Shown piece after piece: positions 1-10,529 of a stretch of 64,000 bases of DNA. Numbering within the stretch: the stretch's first letter is position 1; the number at the start of each line of letters is the position of its first letter. The notes beneath the pieces are model-generated. The model saw only the letters and a list, made by a program, of their open reading frames with translations, did no database searches and was not told the DNA's origin. Made by a program: the position numbers and the translations under genes. The DNA is from Takakia lepidozioides (lineage: Eukaryota; Plantae; Bryophyta), in contig CM060731.1 in the NCBI GenBank assembly GCA_030704615.1, positions 45,322,001-45,386,000 on the forward strand, written 5' to 3'.

Positions 1-3000
1 TATAGACACTGAGCTCCTTGTCTGTCCAGATGAGTGGGGTACCAATTACTGGTGCCGCGTGCAAGTATTTCCATGCGATATGTCCCTTATAGAAAATGTC
101 ATCAAGTCCAAATTTCTGTGTTGACAAATTGTTGCAGGCTGCTTGAAACCATGAACGAATTTGAGAATCCTTTTGTATCATAACTTTTGGGTCATATAGG
201 TACATATGAGGTGGCACCGAAGGTAATACCCAATGATCTCCACTGGAGTAACTTTGAAAGCGTGCTTGCATCTTTTGTTGCTCTATGTGGTAACGTATCA
301 GGAAACAAGCAGCGTAGTATAGCCCGCACCCCATGACAATACTTGCTATCTCCTTGGTCTTGGTATAAATGAGTCCATGTACAACCTGGAAAGCAACCAA
401 TTCCCTCAACATGGTACCTGCCTCGTGCCAGTATTGTGCAAAGTGATGATCTTCAATATGTCGATTGTTTGGAAGAACTTTAGTCCTGGTTGCCACTGGC
501 AGCCAGATACGCATGATTTGGTAGTAATGTGCGAATGACTGCGGAGGACTAAATTCTTTCCAAGCCAAATCCAACATGATGGGAATTTGGTTGAAGGGCA
601 TAATCATAGCCCTACTGTACTCCCTGGCAGCTGGAGTTTTAGGTGGGTTAAAAGCTGCATTGCCCCATACCTCCGGCTGTGGTGGCTGTGGTGTGGTTGT
701 AGTAACCACAGGTTCAGCTACTGGTACACTGACCTGTTGTGGTGGTGGTGGTACTGGTTCCTGTACCATTGGCATCTCCTGCACCTCCTGTGAAGACTGA
801 AAAGCCAGAGTTCTGGCTTGCAAATAAGAAGCCATTAGTTGTTCCTGAGGGATATAGACTCTTTGGTCGATGTTTGAAGTGAGGTCTTCCACTTGAGTCT
901 GGAGTCCGTCTACATCCTCTTGTAGCTCTGCTATCCTACTATAGACATTGTCTATAGTAGTTGTGGCAATGTTCTGCACCTGCAGTCTGAGCTCATTCAT
1001 CTCGCTTTGGGTGAGCTTCCGTGGGCTTTTGCCCTCTACTGGCCCTTGTGCTAACCAGACCTTCATAAGGCTGTTATCCACCAAGCTGCTTGTGGTTCCC
1101 CTGAGAGTTTGCTCCTCTCTTTGCTTATACAATTCCAACTGCTGTTGTAAAGCCTTCATGCGCTTCGCCTGTGGCTCAACCAATTGCGCATAGGCAGCAA
1201 GTAAATTATTGGCTTCTTTCGAAACCTTGTTACTGACCGCGATTTCATTTCTATTGGCCACGATGGTTTGTTGCAACTCCACGATGTATTTCTCATTCTC
1301 AGCTTCCATCTGCCTGTATTGCTTGAAAGTATCTTCATTGCGACAGATTGTATTCTTCATATCGACAATGAGCTTCATGTGCTCCACATTCTCTTCTTCT
1401 GCCTTCGTACATTTTTCCGCTTGACTGTTTATTTCTTTTGTTGATTGGTCAAGCATAGTTGTAAATGTAGCGCATTGTATCTCCATCCTGTTATGCACTG
1501 TCTGCAACTCCGTATGTAGTGCATTCAGTTCTTGTAACTTGCTTTCATGCTTCACCTGCATTTGGTATAGCTGTTGCTTATGTGCTTCGTGCAACTGGTC
1601 TTGCGCAAGGCCTGCTTCAATCAATTGTTGCTTGGCCAATTGCAAAGCCATTTCTGTATTGGCCAAGTCCTGCTTCATCTTGAGAGTGACCTCTTCATCG
1701 ACCTTATTTGAACACTCAGTGGCAAGTCGAGCCTCAAACTCCTTCCTGAGTTCTTCTTTCAAGGCTGTCAATTGGGTAATTGGAACATGGGTTTTGACAT
1801 AAGTCCCCAACAAATTAAGTGTCCTGCCTATGGAATTCATCAGCATTGCCTGTTGAGGGTCATCATGGTGAGGTTGCTGCTGTTCCTCCCGATCTTCAAC
1901 AGTATGATGTCTCACTAACCATTCAGACCATTGTCCCACCGGATTTTCTTCCTGAACTACTTCATTTATGACCGGTGCTACAGTGTCATGGCCTTCCGCC
2001 TGTGGTACCTCCGACACAGGTGTGTGCATTATATGTACCTCAGGATTTTTCTTGGGCAACTGTTGCACCTCTGGGATTTCTGTCTGCTTGACCAGACCAG
2101 AATATTCATAGAGAAGGTCCCCTTTCTCTATTTCCGCCATTATCTGTTCTGTAGTTGGAATATCTATCCCTTCACTTTCCAAATCTATTATTTCGGGTTG
2201 AGCTGCATGGATAACTTGTGACCTTGTGACAAGTCGTTCAAGTGGCTGTGTTGGTTGTGATGCAGAAGTAACTTCTTCCTCCCTCTCTGAAGGTCCTGCT
2301 TCCAGTAATAACATTCTTTTGTGCTGCTGTGCCCCTCCCTGGTCATGAGCTTGGGAAACATTATCATGCGGAATCCGTGAAGCCAGTGGATCCGCCACTA
2401 CAGTCTTTCCCTTCTCTGCCTCTTAGTCTCGGGTTGTGCTGCTAGTCCACCCTCACTGTGTGAAGAGCCTTGCTCTTCCATTGCAGTTGTTTCTGGCTCA
2501 AACACTCCCATTTCCTTCCTTTCTTGTGCATTAAGTATGCCAGAACTAAGGATTATTTGAGCAATGATTGGGCCAGACACTATGATAGGAGATTTTGCGG
2601 TAGTACCTTGTAATCTTTTCATCTCCTCTACCAGTGCGTTGTACATTATGTCCGCCCATGGTACCTCTTGTCCCTTCAAGCCTTTGAGGATTTCCTCTGT
2701 GAAGGATCTGCTCAAATATTGTTGGTTCTGTTTCAGGGCAATCAGAACGTTCAATACTTGGCCTATGTCTTTTAACCCTGGGTACACAGCTTTGGTACAA
2801 GCATAACCCTGAGTTTTAAAGAAACTCCCTTCTTGGAATAAATCCCCTATTTGCAGTCTTTCTCTGTGTTCCTCCACATACACATGACCTTCTGGCAATC
2901 GAAACAATTGCTGGAGGTATAGGGGAGTAATCATTAATTCAACTCCCTTCACCGTTGTTGTTCCTGTCTTTGGCTCAAAGTTCTGCAAAAATTGTAACAT

Positions 3001-3282
3001 GTACTGTCTATGGTGTAGTGTCCAATCCATGCTTTGCAATCCTTCCAATCTCAGCTCCTTCAGTATCTTTATCGCCTGTGGGGTAGCCATCGTTTGTTTC
3101 TGCAGAATTGTGGTGCTCTTCACCCTGATTTCCTCCATTCCTCTCACTCTCTTCATCTTAGACTCACAGAACTGCTTTGGCTGTAACAACTGCAGGAATG
3201 CCTGTAGTGCACAAAGCAGAAACGTATGGTGCCGCAGAAAGCTATGGGTAATCTCTTGTAAGCCTGCGGGGCTTGCAAGCAT
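1..3282 (-). CDS. Extra retroelement ORF downstream of pol (>1000 aa when one frameshift at ~2410 is bridged; runs off the left edge)
   Basis: ORF 2398-3282 resembles plant-retroelement accessory domains (V.G..I.ITP..L..LF.LP; ..PWADI; GPIIAQI). Manual translation shows a second frame (EKGKTVVADPLASRIP...) open without a stop from ~2415 to base 1: acidic linker, long heptad-rich coiled-coil, PPPPQQ Pro-rich hinge, then an aromatic-rich globular region. Confidence 0.75.
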
Positions 3283-3780
3283 TGTTCAAGAGAAAAGCTC
3301 TGCTCTTTCGTTTCGTGTCTCTGCCATTGCGTAAATAATATTGCTAGCGTATAGTCTGTTAGTTCCTCCATAGTTTCCAAGTTATAGCATTTATGGCTTG
3401 TCCTGTCGAGACGCCCGTTACTCAGAACGACGCCGCCTCTTGCGCTTAATTTCCCTCCATTTTCTTGATCATTTCTCTGGTTTTCTATTGGCTGTATCCG
3501 CTGTGACTGGATTTTAACTTTATCTTCTTTAGTGGACTTTCCCTGTTGGATAGTCCACTAGGATCACACATGCGACATGAATTCAGTTTTTCTGTACTTG
3601 CCGTTCGTTCTGTTTCCCTTTTCCGTATTCATTAATGGGCCCGCCTTTCATCCCTTTTGACGGCCGTTCTTGTCCTCTTTCTTTTTGACACTTGTCCTTG
3701 CACTTCATTCTCTGCTGTGTGTCGCACCCTGACCTCCACGTGTCTATTTTTAAATTAATTTCCGTTTCTTCTTCCTTCAG

Positions 3781-6700
3781 CTATTTTCCTGAAGTTTTTA
3801 TGTGTCCACTTGTCACTGATTCTATGGATCGTGTAACTTTAGTAGGCTGTGTTGAGCTGTGACAGGCTGTGTCATACTGTGTTACGCTGTGATAGGCTGT
3901 GTTGCCCTGTGGTAAGCTGTGATAGGCTGTGACACGCTGCGGTAGGTTGTGATAGGCTGTGTCACGTCGTGACGGGCTGTGATAGGCTGTGTCACGCCGT
4001 GATGGGCTGTGATAGGCTGTGTTGCGCCTTGCTGGGCTGTGATAGGCTGTGTCACGCCGTGTTGGGCTGTGATAGGCTGTGTCACGCCGTGATGGGCTGT
4101 GATAGGCTGTGTTGCGCCTTGATGGGCTGTGATAGGCTGTGTCACGTTTGTTTTGCCCACCCCGGTCATATATACTGGGCCTAGCGACAAGTGTTCCATA
4201 CTCTGTTCGTAACACTGGTGCAGCCCGTGACTGCTCTTGCGGTTCAACATGCAAATCATGCTGCAGGGGTTTGTCATGGATACCACTGTACCCCTTCAAC
4301 TTATTTGCATTGACTCTTCCCAGCATTTCTTTGTTAATGGTTTGTAACATGGCTGTGTTGTTATCATACATCTTTTGGATGACATAAGGTCCTTTCCATG
4401 GTGATTTAAGCTTAGAAGCTTGAATCTTTCCTTTCTTCTGCAACCATAGAACCAAATCCCCCGTCTTAAAAGTCTTTAATTTGCCTTCATCAAACTGTTC
4501 CTTTCGCTTCATCTGAATTCTGGTCATATTATCTGCTGCATCAGCACGTACTTCTCCACATGGTATAATTCATGTTTCCTGACCTTGATGGAGTCTTGCA
4601 ATTCCATTCTTTTTCCCCACTCCGTTCTCATGGTAGGTAACAGGAATTCCACTGGAAGTAAGGCTTCCATACCATAAACTAATTGGAATGGTGTATACTT
4701 TGTGGTGACTTTATACGAAGTCCTGTATGACCATAAAGCTGTCAGCAGCTTTGTATCCCAATCCGTTCTGTTTGCATTGACTATCTTAGCCAAGATAGTA
4801 CATAGTATTTTGTTGGTAGCCTCTGCCTGTCCATTACCCTGTGGGTAATATGTTGTACTCTTTCTATGCACAATCATAAACTCTTTAGTCAATAACTCAA
4901 TGGTCTCATTCATGAAGTGACTTCCTTGATCACTGATAAATTCTAAGGGACATCCAAATCGTGTAAGTATGTTCTCGTACAGGAACCTTGCTGTGGACTT
5001 GGCTGTGTTGTCCCTCAAAGCTTTAGCTTCCACCCACTTTGTAGTATAATCAGTGGCTGTAATTATGTACCTGTTTTGTATTCTTGGATGGTGGATTAAT
5101 TGGTCCAACAAAGTCTAGTCCCCATTTCTGAAATGGTTCTGTAGGCATTGTAGGATGCAAGGCCATTCTTCCAGATCTCTGCAAAGGTCCTAGCCTCTGA
5201 CATTCATCACACTTCTGACAATACTCATGTACATCTTTGAACAAAGTAGGCCACCAGTATCCTGCGAGTAGTATCTTTCTACTGGTAGTCTCTTCTCCAA
5301 AATGACCTCCAGCCACTCCTTTATGAACTTCCTCCAAGACTTTATTTACTTCATGGTGGTACAAGCATCGTTTTAGTACTCCGTCAGGTCCTAACTTATA
5401 CATTCTGCTTCCTACCATAGTATAAGGTAAAGCTCTGATAGCATTCTCTTCCTCTGCTCCTTACCATAACTAGGTGGGCACTGACCATGAACAAGGTAGT
5501 ATCTGATTGGCCACTGCCAATCTAACCATTCATCTGCACTTCCTTGCACCTCCATTATAAATAAACTCGCATCAGGTAACTGATCGTCCACTCCGTGACG
5601 GCCTCTCTGTTGTTGTTAGTCGTGACAAATGATCTGCCACAAGATGCAAACGGCCAGGCTTGTAAATAACCTCGAACTCAAACTCATGCAAGATTATTAA
5701 CCACCTCGCTATCCTTCCACTTATCAAAGGTTTGTTCACCAGATATATCAGAGCCTGGTGATCCAATAAAACATAAACTTTCTTCCAATAGGTAATGCCT
5801 GAATTTCTCACTGCATAGATCATTGCCAATGCTTCTCTTTCCGTTGTGCTATAGTTCCTCTCAGCACTGTTCATCAACCTAGCATAGTACACAGGTGAAT
5901 CTATATTCCCTGTAACATTCTGGCTAACACCGCTCCCAACGCTTCTCCTGATGCATCGCAGTGAACATGAAATACTACATGCCAGTGAGGTTAATCAGCA
6001 CAGGTGTAGTTGTTACTGACAGTGTAAGTTCCTCAAACGCCTGTTGACATTCAGCTGTCCATGCAAACACTGCATCTTTCTTCAGAAGCTTGCTCAATGG
6101 TGCTGCTATTTGTGCATACCTTTTGACAAATCTTCTGTAATAACTGGTTTGCCCAAGGAATCTCCTTAAACTCTTAACATTCACTGGTGGTGGAGAGACT
6201 TTAATGGACTCTGTCTTCCTGGGATCCACAAGGAGTCCCTTCTTACACACAATGTGTCCCAGAAGCACCCCTGAGTTCACACAGAAAGTACACTTCTCTG
6301 GGTTCAAGCCCAGACCTCTCATCCTGCATCTGGCAGGCATAACTCCAATTTATGCAAGTGCTCATTCTTAGAGCTGTACACACTGAAATCATCCAAAAAC
6401 ACCTGCATGAAATCATCCAGATACTCTTGAAAAGATTCACTTATCACTCTCTGAAAGGTCGCTGGTGCATTACAAAGCCCAAAGGGCATGACTTTGTATG
6501 CATAAGCCCCCCAGTCTGTGATGAAAGCTGTTTTCCCTTGGTCTTCTTCTGCCACTTGCACTTGATTATAACCACTGAAGCCATCCATGAATGAGTACAT
6601 CTCATGGCCTGCCACAGTGTCTAATACTGCTTCTGTGAATGGCAAAGGGAAAGGATCTTTCTTCGTACAAGCATTCAGCTTCTTATAGTTCACACATACT

Positions 6701-7825
6701 CTTAGTTTGCCATTCTTCTTGGACACTATAACAATGGGTAACAACCAAGTTGTATACTCTATTGGGTATATAAACTTAGCCTCAGCCAACTTCTTTATCT
6801 CTTCTCCAACCTTCTGTGCGTAGTTGGGATTCATTCTATACCTCGCCTGCTTGATTGGTACTGACCCTGGTTCCAGTTCAATTTTATGCTGACAGACTTC
6901 AGGTGGTATCCCTTTTAGATCCTCATAGCTCCAAGCAAATACATCTCTGTATTTGATGAACAAGCTTTTAGCTTCTTCGAAGAACTCTGGCTCCAAATCA
7001 GCTCCTACTTTCACCATTCTCGGTTCCTCCTGAGTTCCCACATTTACTTCTCTCACCTGCTCATCAGCTGTGATTGTCCAACCAGTCACCACTTCATCCT
7101 TTAAGCTCACAGTGGCTGGTTCTTCTAGGATTTCTATCTCTCCCTCCTTTTCTTCATAGAAATGTGGTGGGTAACAGTTGGTTTCCTCTTCAATTGGGGT
7201 GTTGCTGTCACTACACCACAGCAGATACCTCTCAAACAACTTAGGCTTTCCAGCCGCATCTCTGCAACCTCCTCCCACTCTGGGTGTGCAGCGAATAGGG
7301 TAGCTTCCTGCTCCTCATCCAGTCCTCCCCTCCAGTCATACTCTCTGACTCCTCGAGGTCTTCTTGTAGCAGGTAATCTACTAGATTTCTTTGTGGTAAT
7401 TTGATCTCGTGCATCCCATTATGCACAGTTAGTAACTGAGAATTCCAGTCATGGAATACCCTTGCCTGTTTCAGCCACGGACGTCCAATAATAAGGAGTA
7501 AGCCTCCATGACTTCATCCATTTTTAATACAGTTACTGTGATCATAAAGATCATTTTCTGTATCTGTATCTTAACTCCTCTTATTAATCCCAATGGCTGT
7601 ACACTTCTTTGATCTGCCATTGTTACTGTAAAATGGGGCTGGTTTCATGTTACTTAGACCAAGCTTCTTCCTTAATTGGTCTGTCATGATATTTACTCCA
7701 GAACCACCATCTATCCGTACATCAGTTAGTTCTGTGCTTCCAATTCTCAATTGGATTACTGGCATAGAATCATCAAAGTCCATGACTGGTTCTCGCCCTT
7801 CCGGCTTCACCTTATAACTGGTCAA
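3781..7825 (-). pseudogene. pol polyprotein (PR-RT-RH-INT) broken by about 6 frameshifts
   Basis: Consecutive ORF fragments 7571-7825, 6319-7278, 5975-6340, 5572-5892, 5050-5418, 4524-5111 and 3781-4527 are collinear pieces of one pol. Few in-frame stops, mostly 1-nt indels. Confidence 0.9.
3847..4146 (-). repeat. 30-bp tandem repeat x10, in frame at the integrase C-terminus (RDTAYHSPSR units)
   Basis: Plus-strand unit is approximately gatgggctgtgataggctgtgtcacgccgt. Six near-perfect and four degenerate units. Confidence 0.95.
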
Positions 7826-8007
7826 CCTTGCTGTTCAGGTCTGTGTTTCCTGTCTCTTGGCAATTCGATTGATTGCCTGATACGCCTGTGCCTACAATAA
7901 GGTGCCACAGCTAATAGCTGTCCAATGGTAATTTCTGCTTTGGTCTGACAATTATTACTTCAGCAAAGTCTTCTTCATTACTTTGCATGTCTGCATCTTC
8001 TTTTTTC

Positions 8008-8507
8008 NNNNNNNNNNNNNNNNNNNNNNNNNNNNNNNNNNNNNNNNNNNNNNNNNNNNNNNNNNNNNNNNNNNNNNNNNNNNNNNNNNNNNNNNNNNNN
8101 NNNNNNNNNNNNNNNNNNNNNNNNNNNNNNNNNNNNNNNNNNNNNNNNNNNNNNNNNNNNNNNNNNNNNNNNNNNNNNNNNNNNNNNNNNNNNNNNNNNN
8201 NNNNNNNNNNNNNNNNNNNNNNNNNNNNNNNNNNNNNNNNNNNNNNNNNNNNNNNNNNNNNNNNNNNNNNNNNNNNNNNNNNNNNNNNNNNNNNNNNNNN
8301 NNNNNNNNNNNNNNNNNNNNNNNNNNNNNNNNNNNNNNNNNNNNNNNNNNNNNNNNNNNNNNNNNNNNNNNNNNNNNNNNNNNNNNNNNNNNNNNNNNNN
8401 NNNNNNNNNNNNNNNNNNNNNNNNNNNNNNNNNNNNNNNNNNNNNNNNNNNNNNNNNNNNNNNNNNNNNNNNNNNNNNNNNNNNNNNNNNNNNNNNNNNN
8501 NNNNNNN
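8008..8507. other. Assembly gap (500 N)
   Basis: Run of exactly 500 N, which suggests a fixed-size scaffolding gap. Confidence 1.
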
Positions 8508-8894
8508 TTTCCAACACACCCAAATCGTGATTGATCTTCTTCTTTACCAATTCCTTAATCTTTCTTGCAAAGAAACAACAGAAGGAGTGCATCCAACTCT
8601 ATTCTCCTTTTCTAGTTCTTGGCCTTCTCCTTTCCGGTGGGTGATGGCCAACTTTTTTGATCTTGATGGTGTTGGGAGAGGTCCGATGATTTCCCCTATG
8701 TTATTTGTTCCCTCTCCTCCCCCAAAGATATGGATTAATTAGCTTTCAGATAGCCTTTCTCTTTTTGATGAATATCTTTTGTCGTCTAGCTTCTCTTTCA
8801 TCCCTCATTGTCCCATTTCTTTCATTTCTTTTAATGTGGCAATAACCAAAACTCTCTTTCTGTAATATCTCTCGTATATGCCTGGATTTCCCTT

Positions 8895-9500
8895 TCAAGC
8901 TTCAATGCACCCTTGGCTATACTTGAAGTCTCCGTTACCATATAACCATATGGCAAACAAGTCTGAAAAAGCTGTTCTTGGTGTGAGTTTGATCCACAAA
9001 ATATCCTGTGGAATCCAATTCTTTACAAGTACAAGCTCTTCATTCATATGAGTTAACATTTCACCTTTCTTTCTTCCCAACCTAGAACCTTCAAACTCTA
9101 CTCGTTTAATGGATAGCAAACGCCTATCAGCATAACTAATGTTGGTACCCAACGTGCTCTTTCCTCTACAGGCTACCTGATAAATCTTATCCTCACCCCT
9201 TCTCCAGACCCCATTCTGGATCAGCATCATGCACTCGTTTAAAGATATTTTCTTTACATCCGTCTGGCAATTCCAAGAACCTTTGAAAGAAATTGTTTGG
9301 ACAATCTTTCTTCCTTCGTTCCACCAGGGAATTTGATTCCACTTCAAACTCTTTAATGGTCCAACCACCATGATCCCACCAGATGGCCCTGTCACATCTG
9401 GTTTGTTCATATGTCCCAGGTCCCAGTATGGTCGCCAAATGTCGCACGAGGCTTTACTCACCCAATCCCTTCCGCTATCAACGAGGGGCGGAAACTCCAA
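8895..9500 (-). CDS. Unidentified ~200-aa ORF, probably a retroelement accessory ORF fragment
   Basis: 201-codon open frame with complex composition. It lies 3' (minus-strand sense) of a CACAGCC tandem array like that of the first Gypsy element. No recognised motif. Confidence 0.3.
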   Translation of the reverse strand: MEFPPLVDSGRDWVSKASCDIWRPYWDLGHMNKPDVTGPSGGIMVVGPLKSLKWNQIPWWNEGRKIVQTISFKGSWNCQTDVKKISLNECMMLIQNGVWRRGEDKIYQVACRGKSTLGTNISYADRRLLSIKRVEFEGSRLGRKKGEMLTHMNEELVLVKNWIPQDILWIKLTPRTAFSDLFAIWLYGNGDFKYSQGCIEA

Positions 9501-10094
9501 GAATAGAAGAGTTGGAAATCTCTAAGTAACTCACAGCCCGCGCAGAACAATCAGTCATGACCTACCGCTAGTGTATCATGGGGGGTGTTTCCTATTGTTT
9601 CCTTTTTCCGCATTCATCTTAGCTACCCCTCACCTTTGATAATTAAGTATCAGTTTTGTTTCATCAATTTATCGGTTTCCTTAACTCCTCCATTCATCCA
9701 CAACAACGCTTCACCTACTCAGATCTCTCTACACAGAGTGTGATGTAAATCGTATAAGTATCAGATTATGATTTATCAGGTATCAGACGAATCCATTATG
9801 TCTCTCATATCTGCTCTACAAATATCACTCTAGCCTTTGCATATGACAGCATCTACTAATCCTCTTTTCTTCTCTCCTTCATCGTGCTCCTCCGATCTCC
9901 GCTTCTCCGCCTGTCTCCGAAGTCCTCCCGGAATATGATCCATTCCTATTCCCCGTTCTTTCCTTTATCCTCCCTATCCGCGGTTCTAACCGTTTCCCCC
10001 CCTTCCTCTAAACCGTCGTATGTGAACAACATGTTCCCTTCACTGGTGGTTGTTCCCCCACAGTCGTTCCCTGTCCTACTCTTCGTTCCCTATT

Positions 10095-10400
10095 ATCGTG
10101 ACAGCTTGTCAAGCGGTGACGTGGCTGTGTTTGGCTGTGTCGGCGGGCTGTGACTGGCTGTGTGGCTTGTGGTGGGCTGTGTCCCTGCTGTGACGACTGC
10201 GACGGGCTGTGTGGCTGTGTGGGGTGTGGCTGGTGACGACTGGTCGGCTGTGTGGGAAGGCTGTGACGACTGTGACGGGCTGTGTTGGCTGTGTGGGTTT
10301 TTGTGACGACTGTGACGGGCTGTGGTGGCTGTGTGGGGCTGTGACTGCTGTGTTGGCTTGTGTGGCCTATGTAACCCACCTCTACAGTGCGCTGCTGTCA
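10095..10400. repeat. Degenerate GGCTGTG/GACGACTGT tandem array
   Basis: Repeated ggctgtgt, gacgggctgt and gacgactgt modules share the GGCTGTG core with the array at 3847-4146. Confidence 0.85.
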
Positions 10401-10529
10401 CCCCTAAGGTTCCTGTTTTGTGTCTCAGTCTGTGCAAATTAAGGGTACCCTACAGATCCCGTATAAGTGTCTAAGTCCCCTACAGTCCTCTAACACATGC
10501 ATTTGTCTTTTTGTGTATCTTGGCATCGG

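Larger units (their letters stand above)
1..8007 (-). mobile_element. Ty3/Gypsy LTR retrotransposon, non-chromovirus type (Athila/Phygy-like); internal region PR-RT-RH-INT plus 3' extra ORF; truncated by the gap and the window edge
   Basis: Minus-strand domains run in Gypsy order: protease (VRIDGGSGVNIM, 7571-7825), RT (FAWSYEDLKGI...KKDPFPLP...MDGFSGYNQ...MPFGLCNAPATFQR...FLDD, 6319-7278), RNase H (NYSTTEREALA, DHQAL, ADHLSR, 5572-5892), integrase (HKGVAGGHFG..CQKCDEC, WGLDFVGP, SDQGSHF, GQAEATN, 4524-5418). No LTR is visible. Confidence 0.95.

Noticed and set aside
576-2221. Several plus-strand ORFs (Cys-, Ser- and Leu-rich)
   Set aside because: Antisense shadows of the long minus-strand accessory ORF.
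3847-4146. Regular repeats resembling a CRISPR array
   Set aside because: Contiguous 30-bp units with no unique spacers, no cas genes and a eukaryotic context. It is a minisatellite.
7911-8742. Long ORFs of 183-251 aa in the track
   Set aside because: Artefacts of translating through the 500-N gap.
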